A stretch of DNA of 64,000 bases from contig NC_091285.1 of the NCBI RefSeq assembly GCF_032444005.1, positions 669,848,001 to 669,912,000 on the forward strand, read 5' to 3'. Shown piece after piece: positions 24,150-36,665 of the stretch (the first letter of the stretch is position 1; every line of letters starts with the position of its first letter). Below the pieces are notes generated by a model. It searched no databases. It was not told where the DNA came from and saw only the letters and a list, made by a program, of their open reading frames with translations. Both the position numbers and the translations under genes were made by a program. Origin of the DNA: Ranitomeya imitator (lineage: Eukaryota).

Positions 24150-27100
24150 GTATGGCCTACCACATATTAACAGGGTCTGTATCTGTAAGGCCCGGCACTG
24201 ATTATACGGGGTCTGTATCTGTATGGTCGGGCACTGATTATACGGGGTCTGTATCTGTATGGCCGGGCACTGATTATACAGGGTCTGTATCTGTATGGCC
24301 GGGCACTGATTATACAGGGTCTGTATCTGTATAGCCGGGCACTGATTATACAGGGTCTGTATCTGTATGGCCGGGCACTGATTATACAGGGTCTGTGTGT
24401 GTATGGCCGGGCACTGATTATACAGGGTCTGTGTCTGTATGGTCGGGCACTGATTATACAGGGTCTGTATCTGTATGGCCGGGCACTGATTATACAGGGT
24501 CTGTATCTGTATGGCCGGGCACTGATTATACAGGGTCTGTATCTGTATGGCCTACCACATATTAACAGGGTCTGTATCTGTAAGGCCCGGCACTGATTAT
24601 ACGGGATCTGTATGGTCGGGCACTGATTATACAGGGTCTGTGTCTGTATGGCCGGGCACTGATTATACAGGGTCTGTATCTGTATGGCCGGGCACTGATT
24701 ATACAGGGTCTGTATGGCCGGGCACTGATTATACAGGGTCTGTGTTTGTATGGCCGGGCACTGATTATACAGGGTCTGTATCTGTATGGCCGGGCACTGA
24801 TTATACGGGGTCTGTATCTGTATGGTCGGGCACTGATTATACGGGGTCTGTGTCTGTATGGCCGGGCACTGATTATACAGGGTCTGTATGGCCGGGCACT
24901 GATTATACAGGGTCTGTGTCTGTATGGCCGGGCACTGATTATACAGGGTCTGTATCTGTATGGCCGGGCACTGATTATACAGGGTCTGTATGGCCGGGCA
25001 CTGATTATACAGGGTCTGTATCTGTATGGCCGGGCACTGATTATACAGGGTCTGTGTCTGTATGGCCGGGCACTGATTATACAGGGTCTGTGTCTGTATG
25101 GCCGGGCACTGATTATACAGGGTCTGTGTCTGTATGGCCGGGCACTGATTATACAGGGTCTGTGTCTGTATGGCCGGGCACTGATTATACAGGGTCTGTA
25201 TCTGTATGGCCCGGCACTGATTATACAGGGTCTGTATCTGTATGGCCGGGCACTGATTATACAGGGTCTGTATCTGTATGGCCGGGCACTGATTATACAG
25301 GGTCTGTATCTGTATGGTCGGGCACTGATTATACAGGGTCTGTGTCTGTAGGGCCGGGCACTGATTATACAGGGTCTGTGTCTGTATGGCCGGGCACTGA
25401 TTATACAGGGTCTGTGTCTGTATGGCCGGGCACTGATTATACAGGGTCTGTGTCTGTAGGGCCGGGCACTGATTATACAGGGTCTGTATGGCCGGGCACT
25501 GATTATACAGGGTCTGTGTCTGTATGGCCGGGCACTGATTATACAGGGTCTGTATGGCCGGGCACTGATTATACAGGGTCTGTGTCTGTATGGCCGGGCA
25601 CTGATTATACAGGGTCTGTGTCTGTATGGCCGGGCACTGATTATACAGGGTCTGTATCTGTATGGTCGGGCACTGATTATACAGGGTCTGTATCTGTATA
25701 GCCGGGCACTGATTATACAGGGTCTGTATCTGTATGGCCGGGCACTGATTATACAGGGTCTGTGTCTGTATGGCCGGGCACTGATTATACAGGGTCTGTG
25801 TCTGTATGGCCGGGCACTGATTATACAGGGTCTGTGTCTGTATGGCCGGGCACTGATTATACAGGGTCTGTATCTGTATGGCCGGGCACTGATTATACAG
25901 GGTCTGTATCTGTATGGCCGGGCACTGATTATACAGGGTCTGTATCTGTATGGCCGGGCACTGATTATACAGGGTCTGTGTCTGTATGGCCGGGCACTGA
26001 TTATACAGGGTCTGTGTCTGTATGGCCGGGCACTGATTATACAGGGTCTGTGTCTGTATGGCCGGGCACTGATTATACAGGGTCTGTATCTGTATGGCCG
26101 GGCACTGATTATACAGGGTCTGTATCTGTATGGCCGGGCACTGATTATACAGGGTCTGTATGGCCGGGCACTGATTATACAGGGTCTGTATCTGTATGGC
26201 CGGGCACTGATTATACAGGGTCTGTTTCTGTATGGTCGGGCACTGATTATACAGGGTCTGTATCTGTATGGCCCGGCACTGATTATACAGGGTCTGTGTC
26301 TGTATGGCCGGGCACTGATTATACAGGGTCTGTATCTGTATGGCCGGGCACTGATTATACAGGGTCTGTATCTGTATGGCCGGGCACTGATTATACAGGG
26401 TCTGTATGGCCGGGCACTGATTATACAGGGTCCGTATCTGTATGGCCCGGCACTGATTATACAGGGTCTGTGTCTGTATAGCCGGGCACTGATTATACAG
26501 GGTCTGTATCTGTATGGCCGGGCACTGATTATACAGGGTCCGTATCTGTATGGCCGGGCACTGATTATACAGGGTCTGTATCTGTGTGTGTGCCCGGCAC
26601 TGATTATACAGGGTCTGTATCTGTATGGCCCGGCACTGATTATACAGGGTCTGTGTCTGTATAGCCGGGCACTGATTATACAGGGTCTGTATCTGTATGG
26701 CCGGGCACTGATTATACAGGGTCCGTATCTGTATGGCCGGGCACTGATTATACAGGGTCTGTATCTGTGTGTGTGCCCGGCACTGATTATACAGGGTCTG
26801 TATCTGTATGGCCGGGCACTGATTATACAGGGTCTGTGTCTGTATGGCCGGGCACTGATTATACAGGGTCTGTGTCTGTATGGCCGGGCACTGATTATAC
26901 AGGGTCTGTATCTGTATGGCCGGGCACTGATTATACAGGGTCTGTGTCTGTATGGCCCGGCACTGATTATACAGGGTCTGTATCTGTATAGCCGGGCACT
27001 GATTATACAGGGTCTGTATCTGTGTGTGTGCCCGGCACTGATTATACAGGGTCTGTATCTGTATGGCCGGGCACTGATTATACAGGGTCTGTGTCTGTAT

Positions 27101-27855
27101 GGCCGGGCACTGATTATACAGGGTCTGTATCTGTATGGCCCGGCACTGATTATACAGGGTCTGTGTCTGTATGGCCCGGCACTGATTATACAGGGTCTGT
27201 GTCTGTATGGCCGGGCACTGATTATACAGGGTCTGTATGGCCGGGCACTGATTATACAGGGTCTGTGTCTGTATGGCCGGGCACTGATTATACAGGGTCT
27301 GTATGGCCGGGCACTGATTATACAGGGTCTGTATCTGTATGGCCGGGCACTGATTATACAGGGTCTGTATCTGTATGGCCGGGCACTGATTATGCATGGT
27401 CTGTATCTGTATAGCCGGGCACTGATTATACAGGGTCTGTATCTGTATGGCCGGGCACTGATTATACAGGGTCTGTATGGCCGGGCACTGATTATACAGG
27501 GTCCGTATCTGTATGGCCCGGCACTGATTATACAGGGTCTGTGTCTGTATAGCCGGGCACTGATTATACAGGGTCTGTATCTGTATGGCCGGGCACTGAT
27601 TATACAGGGTCCGTATCTGTATGGCCGGGCACTGATTATACAGGGTCTGTGTCTGTATAGCCGGGCACTGATTATACAGGGTCTGTATCTGTATGGCCGG
27701 GCACTGATTATACAGGGTCCGTATCTGTATGGCCGGGCACTGATTATACAGGGTCTGTATCTGTATAGCCGGGCACTGATTATACAGGGTCTGTGTGTGT
27801 GCCCGGCACTGATTATGCAGGGTCTGTGTCTGTATGGCCGGGCACTGATTACACA
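24150..27855. repeat. 36-bp (30-bp variant) minisatellite, ~100 copies, between the 3' ends of trir and rnf11-like
   Basis: Unit ggccgggcactgattatacagggtctgtatctgtat. Confidence 0.97.
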
Positions 27856-28509
27856 GGATGGATGTCATCGCTACAGATCTACTTGCGTGGTCTTTTCGCC
27901 CCTTTACTCGCAGCTTGGTGGGCCAGTTGGATATGGGCAGCTTTGCTTTACTGTAAAATGCGATGATGTTTCAGGAAAAGCCTAACGGTGTGAGCAGTGA
28001 TGGGCGAGTCCTCTCCTGGTCTTCAGGTCCTTATGACCCCTGGATGTCGGTGTATATAGCGCTCAGCAGGCCATGCAGTGTGCCCACTAACACCGGTAGT
28101 AACCTGGAGATGGAGGGGCACATGCAGGGCAGACATTTGCTTCTAGGTTTCTTGCGCTGTTGATTGTGGGGTGTGATCTCCTCTACTCGGCCTACACCCC
28201 ATGTCCGGACGCCCGTGGGAAGTCTGTTGCTGGCCCATGGCCTCACGTGTGTAGTGATAGTGAAGGTGTTTTGATTGTCGGCCTCCATCACTGACAGGTG
28301 ATGGATGGGTTTTGGGGACTCACATTTGCAGCAAGGGGCTTTGGACCGTCGGCCACTCATTATGGGACCCCTCTATAGCAGTCTAATCATAGAACGGCCG
28401 CAGCGGCCCCGCACAGTGACACGTGGAAACGCACCGCTGGATTGTGCGTGACCGGAACCAGCGCTCGCCGTGTGCAGCACTGAGCACCACCTCTGCTCTT
28501 TATAGAAGC

Positions 28510-28515
28510 TTTATT
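28510..28515 (-). terminator. Probable polyadenylation signal of rnf11-like
   Basis: AATAAA on the minus strand ~1.45 kb past the stop codon. Confidence 0.45.
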
Positions 28516-28994
28516 TAGTAAGACACGTCCACCCGTCATGGTACATTCATGTATGGGGCGGTCACAGAAATAAAGGAGCTTGTGTGCACGGACTGCATAC
28601 TTCCAGGGAGCACCAGCTGCCCATACGGTCACATTCATCTTTGGTGAAACCGGCTACAATCCAGCCCCTCCGGCCACTGCAGGATGTTACTGATCCGGAG
28701 ATACCGCCAGTATTAAGGGGAAGATCACACAGGGCGGCGTTTCTTTTTTTTTTTTGCAGCAAAACCTGATCATCTTGGCAGGAAAGAAGCTGCACCAAAA
28801 CCGCAGGTTTAGGTGCGTTTTTTTTTTTGCCTCATTTTTGGTGTTTTTTTTTTTCTCTTTGTGCATACCAATAAAGTTGAGTGCACACAGAGGAAAAAAA
28901 AAAAAACAACTTCCTGTAGATAGAATGACTAGATCGCGCAGGTAATGTATCTCTTCCCACAGGCTGTGAGCGGGTGCAGGTGAAATCCATGTAA

Positions 28995-29464
28995 GGCTAC
29001 TTTCACACATCAGGTGTTAGCCGTCAGGCTCAATCCGGCTAAATTTAAAAAAAAACGGATCAGGCAAATGCTGCTGCCGGATCCAGTTGTTTTCCCATAG
29101 ACTTGTATTAGTGCCGGATGACATTGCGTTTCGTCCGATTTTCGCTGGATCCGGCAAATCTGCCTTTTCCAATTTCTGGAAAAAAACAGCCATAGCAACG
29201 TTTTTTTTTCCTCCGGCGAAAAAGCCGGATTCGGCGCTTCCGGCTGTTTGCTAGAATGGGAGCCGGATCCGGAAAATGACAGATCCTGGCACTGGATTCC
29301 TTTTTTTTTTTTTTTTTAAACTTAGAATGCTACAATTTTTTTTTTATTTTTTATCAAATAATCTAGATATGCTAGCCGGATCCGTCGCATCAGTTTTTCA
29401 CAATCTGCGCCGGATCCGGTTTTTCCAACTTTCGCCGGATTGTGCCTGATGTGTGAAAGTAGCA
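28995..29464. mobile_element. PIF/Harbinger-type MITE in the probable rnf11-like 3' UTR
   Basis: TIR GGCTACTTTCACACATCAGG...CCTGATGTGTGAAAGTAGC(A); flanks TAA / TTA. Confidence 0.85.
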
Positions 29465-29969
29465 TTAGTCTCCATCCATACTTTGGGAATATTGAATATT
29501 CTTGTAGGGGTAAATGCTTTAGAAGGGGCTTACTTGGTGACAGGCACCCCTATAAATCGCTGACTATACGCCTCGCGTCACTCCAGCTCACACACCACCC
29601 CTGCAGGCACACAGACACTCACACAAGTGCATTTGGTAGCATGAGAAACACAATTTCCCTCTGCGATTGGCAGAAGATTTGATCACCTGAGATGCAGCCA
29701 TGATCCCCAACGCTGTGAGATGAAGCGGCTCCAACCAGATACACAGCCACTCCCCACCGGAGGGCTATATAGAGAGGCTCCATTAAAAAAGGGGGCTGGC
29801 TCCTCTGCTCAGTCCTATGTAATACAGACCAGTCACACATGCGGGAAACTCCGAATCCATGATCCTGGATGCATCAAGCAGAGGGTCAGTCATCTCATGA
29901 CTCAGGAAGAAGCCTAGTCACGAGACAGACTTTATGCCAGAGCGCTAAACGTTACCGGCTGCCATGATA

Positions 29970-30165
29970 TCACCGATCTGTGACACCGTCCGTCCGGCTT
30001 GTCTCATAAGAGGAGAGCAGAGCAGCGTCCACCGGCTCCATGCAGGACGGACACGTGAACGATCGCATGAGCCAGGTATCTATACACTCCATGTGGTAGA
30101 CGTGCATACAAGGCAGGAAGCGGAGCGGATCCCCACCGACGAAATCCAGCATACAGATCACACAC
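29970..30165 (-). CDS. rnf11: rnf11-like exon 3 (RING-H2)
   Basis: CVICMLDFVGGDPLRFLPCMHVYHMECIDTWLMRSFTCPSCMEPVDAALLSSYETSRTDGVTDR*; acceptor tttctccgcag. Confidence 0.95.
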
Positions 30166-33100
30166 CTGCGGAGAAACAGCACCGACCTGGTGACCACATG
30201 TACGACGCAAACGGCACGGCCCTGCACTGCTGTATTATAGTAGCTATATTCTTATACATAGGAGCAGTATTATAGTAGTTATATTCTTGTACATAGGGGC
30301 AGTATTATAGTAGTTATATTCTTGTACATAGGGGGCAGTATTATAGTAGTTATATTCTTGTACATAGGAGCAGTATTATAGTAGCTATATTCTTATACAT
30401 AGGAGCAGTATTATAGTAGTTATATTCTTGTACATAGGGGCAGTATTATAGTAGCTATATTCTTATACATAGGTGCAGTATTATAGTAGTTATATTCTTA
30501 TACATAGGAGCAGTATTATAGTAGCTATATTCTTATACATAGGAGCAGTATTATAGTAGTTATATTCTTGTACATAGGGGCAGTATTATAGTAGCTATAT
30601 TCTTATACATAGGTGCAGTATTATAGTAGTTATATTCTTGTACATAGGGGGCAGTATTATAGTAGTTATATTCTTGTACATAGGGGCAGTATTATAGTAG
30701 TTATATTCTTATACATAGGGGGCAGTATTATAGTAGTTATATTCTTGTACATAGGGAGCAGTATTATAGTAGTTATATTCTTGTACATAGGGAGCAGTAT
30801 TATAGTAGTTATATTCTTGTACATAGGAGGCAGTATTATAGTAGCTATATTGTACATAGGGGCAGTATTATAGTAGTTATATTCTTGTACATAGGGGCAG
30901 TATTATAGTAGTTATATTCTTGTACATAGGGGCAGTATTATAGTAGTTATATTCTTGTACATAGGGGCAGTATTATAGTAGTTATATTCTTGTACATAGG
31001 GGCAGTATTATAGGAGTTATATTCTTGTACATAGGAGCAGTATTATAGTAGTTATATTCTTGTACATAGGAGCAGTATTATAGTAGCTATATTCTTATAC
31101 ATAGGAGCAGTATTATAGTAGTTATATTCTTGTACATAGGGGCAGTATTATAGTAGCTATATTCTTATACATAGGTGCAGTATTATAGTAGTTATATTCT
31201 TGTACATAGGGAGCAGTATTATAGTAGTTATATTCTTGTACATAGGAGGCAGTATTATAGTAGCTATATTCTTATACATAGGAGCAGTATTATAGTAGTT
31301 ATATTCTTGTACATAGGAGCAGTATTATAGTAGCTATATTCTTATACATAGGAGCAGTATTATAGTAGTTATATTCTTGTACATAGGGGCAGTATTATAG
31401 TAGCTATATTCTTATACATAGGAGCAGTATTATAGTAGTTATATTCTTGTACATAGGAGGCAGTATTATAGTAGCTATATTCTTGTATATAGGGGCAGTA
31501 TTATAGTAGCTATATTCTTATACATAGGGGCAGTATTATAGTAGTTATATTCTTATACATAGGGGCAGTATTATAGTAGTTATATTCTTGTACATAGGGG
31601 ACAGTATTATAGTAGGTATATTCTTGTACATAGGGGAAGTATTATAGTAGTTATATTCTTGTATATAGGAGCAGTATTATAGTAGTTATATTCTTGTACA
31701 TAGAGGCAGTATTATAGTAGCTATATTCTTGTACATAGGAGCAGTATTATAGTAGTTATATTCTTGTACATAGGGGCAGTATTATAGTAGTTATATTCTT
31801 GTACATAGGGGCAGTATTATAGTAGTTATATTCTTGTACATAGGGGCAGTATTATAGTAGTTATATTCTTGTACATAGGGGCAGTATTATAGTAGTTATA
31901 TTCTTGTACATAGGGGGCAGTATTATAGTAGTTATATTCTTGTACATAGGGAAAGTATTATAGTAGTTATATTCCTGTACATAGGAGCAGTATTATAGTA
32001 GTTATATTCTTGTACATAGGGGAAGTATTCTAGTAGGTATATTCCTATACATAGGAGCAGTATTATAGTAGTTATATTCTTATACATAGGGGCAGTATTA
32101 TAGTAGTTATATTCTTATACATAGGCGCAGTATTATAGTAGTTATATTCTTGTACATAGGGAACAGTATTATAGTAGGTATATTCTTGTACATAGCGGAA
32201 GTATTATAGTAGGTATATTCCTATACATAGGAGCAGTATTATAGTAGTATATTCTTGTACATAGGAGCAGTATTATAGTAGTTATATTCTTGTATATAGG
32301 AGCAGTATTATAGTAGTTATATTCTTGTACATAGAGGCAGTATTATAGTAGCTATATTCTTGTACATAGGAGCAGTATTATAGTAGTTATATTCTTGTAC
32401 ATAGGGGCAGTATTATAGTAGTTATATTCTTGTACATAGGGGCAGTATTATAGTAGTTATATTCTTGTACATAGGGGCAGTATTATAGTAGTTATATTCT
32501 TATACATAGGAGCAGTATTATAGTAGTTATATTCTTGTACATAGGGGCAGTATTATAGTAGTTATATTCTTGTACATAGGGGCAGTATTATAGTAGTTAT
32601 ATTCTTGTACATAGGAGCAGCATTATAGTAGTTATATTCCGGTACATAGGGGCAGTATTATAGTAGTTATATTCTTATATATAGGGGGCAGTATTATAGT
32701 AGTTATATTCTTGTACATAGGAGCAGTATTATAGTAGTTATATTCTTGTACATAGGGGGCAGTATTATAGTAGTTATATTCTTATATATAGGGGGCAGTA
32801 TTATAGTAGTTATATTCTTGTACATAGGGGCAGTATTATAGTAGTTATATTCTTGTACATAGGGACAGTATTATAGTAGTTATATTCTTGTACATGGGGC
32901 AGTATTATAGTAGATATATTCTTGTACATAGGGGCAGTATTATAGTAGTTATATTCTTGTACATAGGAGCAGCATTATAGTAGTTATATTCCTGTACATA
33001 GGGGCAGTATTATAGTAGTTATATTCTTATATATAGGGGGCAGTATTATAGTAGTTATATTCTTGTACATAGGGGGCAGTATTATAGTAGTTATATTCTT

Positions 33101-36100
33101 ATACATGGGGGCAGTATTATAGTAGTTATATTCTTGTACATAGGGGGCAGTATTATAGTAGTTATATTCTTGTACATAGGGGGCAGTATTATAGTAGTTA
33201 TATTCTTGTACATAGGGGGCAGTATTATAGTAGTTATATTCTTGTACATAGGAGCAGTATTATAGTAGTTATATTCTTGTACATAGGAGCAGTATTATAG
33301 TAGTTATATTCTTGTACATAGGAGCAGTATTATAGTAGTTATATTCTTGTACATAGGAGCAGTATTATAGTAGTTATATTCTTGTACATAGGGGCAGTAT
33401 TATAGTAGTTATATTCTTGTACATAGGAGCAGTATTATAGTAGTTATATTCTTGTACATAGGGGGCAGTATTATAGTAGTTATATTCTTATATATAGGGG
33501 GCAGTATTATAGTAGTTATATTCTTGTACATAGGGGCAGTATTATAGTAGTTATATTCTTGTACATAGGGACAGTATTATAGTAGTTATATTCTTGTACA
33601 TAGGGGCAGTATTATAGTAGATATATTCTTGTACATAGGGGCAGTATTATAGTAGTTATATTCTTGTACATAGGGGCAGTATTATAGTAGTTATATTCCT
33701 GTACATAGGGGCAGTATTATAGTAGTTATATTCTTATATATAGGGGGCAGTATTATAGTAGTTATATTCTTGTACATAGGGGGCAGTATTATAGTAGTTA
33801 TATTCTTATACATAGGGGGCAGTATTATAGTAGTTATATTCTTGTACATAGGGGGCAGTATTATAGTAGTTATATTCTTGTACATAGGGGGCAGTATTAT
33901 AGTAGTTATATTCTTGTACATAGGGGGCAGTATTATAGTAGTTATATTCTTGTACATAGGGGGCAGTATTATAGTAGTTATATTCTTATACATAGGGGGC
34001 AGTATTATAGTAGTTATATTCTTGTACATAGGGGGCAGTATTATAGTAGTTATATTCTTGTACATAGGGGGCAGTATTATAGTAGTTATATTCTTATACA
34101 TAGGAGCAGTATTATAGTAGTTATATTCTTGTACATAGGAGCAGTATTATAGTAGTTATATTCTTGTACATAGAGGCAGTATTATAGTAGTTATATTCTT
34201 GTACATAGGAGCAGTATTATAGTAGTTATATTCTTGTACATATGAGCAGTATTATAGTAGTTATATTCTTATACATAGGGGGCAGTATTATAGTAGTTAT
34301 ATTCTTGTACATAGGAGCAGTATTATAGTAGTTATATTCTTATACATAGGAGCAGTATTATAGTAGTTATATTCTTGTACATAGGGGGCAGTATTATAGT
34401 AGTTATAGTCTTGTACATAGGCGCAGCATTATAGTAGTTATATTCCTGTACATAGGGGCAGTATTATAGTAGTTATATTCTTATACATAGGAGCAGTATT
34501 ATAGTAGTTATATTCTTGTACATAGGGGCAGTATTATAGTAGTTATAGTCTTGTACATAGGCGCAGCATTATAGTAGTTATATTCCTGTACATAGGGGCA
34601 GTATTATAGTAGTTATATTCTTGTACATAGGAGCAGTATTATAGTAGTTATATTCTTGTACATAGGGGGCAGTATTATAGTAGTTATATTCTTGTACATA
34701 GGAGCAGTATTATAGTAGTTATATTCTTGTACATAGGGGCAGTATTATAGTAGTTATATTCTTGTACATAGGGGCAGTATTATAGTAGTTATATTCTTGT
34801 ATATAGGGGGCAGTATTATAGTAGTTATATTCTTGTACATAGGAGCAGCATTATAGTAATTATATTCCTGTACATAGGGGCAGTATTATAGTAGTTATAT
34901 TCTTATATATAGGGGGCAGTATTATAGTAGTTATATTCTTGTACATAGGGGGCAGTATTATAGTAGTTATATTCTTATACATAGGAGCAGTATTATAGTA
35001 GTTATATTCTTGTACATAGGGGCAGTATTATAGTAGTTATATTCTTGTACATAGGAGCAGTATTATAGTAGTTATATTCCTGTACATAGGGGCAGTATTA
35101 TACTAGTTATATTCTTGCACATAGAGCGGCATTATACATCACATTGTCATGACATTTGCCATAACATCACTCACTCTTTTGGTTTCTTCTCGGGTGGTCC
35201 GGACCCGGGGTCATATCTGCCTTTAGGCAAGTGCTGTATAAGGCCGAGTCTTTGAGCAATCCGCACCTGTTCTTCTTCGGTCAGCTGAGTAGCGAGCCGG
35301 GTCTGGCTGGGTGTGGGGTGATAGACGGGGACCGGCTCTCGGTCCTAAAATAAAGTAAAAAATGTAAAGGTAACAACCCAAAATGTAATAGGGTATTACA
35401 TCTGATAAGTGCTGGGGGGGGTTCTGGAAACTGGGATTATTGTGCGACACCCTCGGACCAGTCAAGGTTAATTTTACCTGAAATCTCCACTTCATATCTC
35501 AAGATGTAATACACGGGGAGGATGCTGAGGCTATATATGATGTGTCTCCATACTGCCCACATATGCACAGCTTACAAGTTAGCAAATGTCTTTAGGGGCC
35601 CCTACGTATCACATACCATTTAAACCACTGATGTGGCAGAGTTTCCTCGATTCCCCCTTTAACGGCTTCACACGTCCATCACATATCTGTTATCCGTCCA
35701 TCACATATCTGTTCTCTAGCCTCTAACAGCAGCGATCAGAGTTACCGCCAATCACTGCTGTTTACACACACTGTGGATAGGCAGAAAGCAGCCAGCGGTG
35801 TGGGTGGACTATACAGAGATCAGCATTTGAGCACTGCTAGATCTGTGGCAGAAAAATCACTTTTTTTTAGTTGAATGACACCGCTGTAATCAGGGTCTCT
35901 GCCCCTACATTAAATAGAGTAGCAAAAACTTGCGGACAGATTCTCCTCATATGATGCTGTAACTCTCAGATTGGCGCAGCAGCCAGGCGTGTAATGAAAG
36001 GCCCCATCTTATTATATTGTAGTTTTATTCTCCCAAGGGACCAAAAAAGTAAAAAATTAATAAATATATATTTTAAAGGGGTTGTCACATGAATTAAAGT

Positions 36101-36356
36101 GCTGCTTGTACTGACCCCGTAGAAGGAGGGAGGGCAATAAGTGACAACACTGCATTTTCTATGATCTGTTGCATTTTTGATCCAGGGACGACCCCTTTAA
36201 ATGCCCCCCGGACACTTCTATCCATATTATGATGATGGTGGTGGAGGGGGCGATCACCTGGTATGGCGGCGGCGGATCCCCGGGCAGGCTCACACCGTCG
36301 GAATCGTTGAGCAGGGACTGATCATCAGCAGTCTGCGAGGACAGACAGTTCCCCAT
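29970..36356 (-). CDS. rnf11: RING-H2 finger protein 11-like (RNF11 family paralogue); 3 exons, 154 aa
   Basis: complement(join 36258..36356, 35175..35344, 29970..30165); GT-AG, phases 0 and 2. MGNC myristoylation start, PPPPY motif, VYHPTPSQTRLATQLTEEEQ.RIAQR.GLIQHLPKG, C3H2C3 RING. Confidence 0.95.
30228..35128. repeat. 35-36-bp satellite (~135 copies) filling rnf11-like intron 2
   Basis: Same unit and orientation as the array in get3 intron 5. Confidence 0.97.
35175..35344 (-). CDS. rnf11: rnf11-like exon 2
   Basis: DREPVPVYHPTPSQTRLATQLTEEEQVRIAQRLGLIQHLPKGRYDPGSGPPEKKPK; donor GA|GTGAGT. Confidence 0.95.
36077..36196. mobile_element. T2/Kolobok-type MITE (TTAA target)
   Basis: TTAA|AGGGGTTGTC...GACGACCCCT|TTAA; 120 bp; in rnf11-like intron 1. 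Confidence 0.75.
36258..36356 (-). CDS. rnf11: rnf11-like exon 1
   Basis: MGNCLSSQTADDQSLLNDSDGVSLPGDPPPPYQ; donor CAG|GTGATC. Confidence 0.94.
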
Positions 36357-36419
36357 CCCCCGGTCCCGGGGCTCCGGCTGTTTACACCGGAGTCAGGGAA
36401 GTCTGTGAGACAGCGGAAA

Positions 36420-36665
36420 GGAGAAACTACAACTCCCGACAGGCTCCTGGGCCGAGCACTCTGTTACGTCATCACTGTGCGCCGCACTGAGCACGTGATC
36501 GGGACGGTCAATGTACATAGATTTCTCCTAGATTCACATACCTGGCGCCGATCTGCGTCGGTATTTGCCCTCTGATCTGTGGCAACTCCAACGGTTGTGG
36601 AACTACAACTCCCAGCATGCCTTAAGAGCCATAGGGTGTCAGAGCATGCCGGGACTTGTAGTTCT
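36420..36665. promoter_or_regulatory. rnf11-like promoter region with three ZNF143/THAP11-type ACTACAAnTCCC motifs
   Basis: actacaactccc at 36426; actacaactcccagcatgc at 36602; reverse copy gcatgccgggacttgtagt at 36644-36662. Confidence 0.6.

Noticed and set aside
24167-27985. 1233-aa and other long ORFs (YNQCPAIQIQTL, WPGTDYTGSVSV)
   Set aside because: The 36-bp unit lacks stops in several frames on both strands; there is no non-repeat domain.
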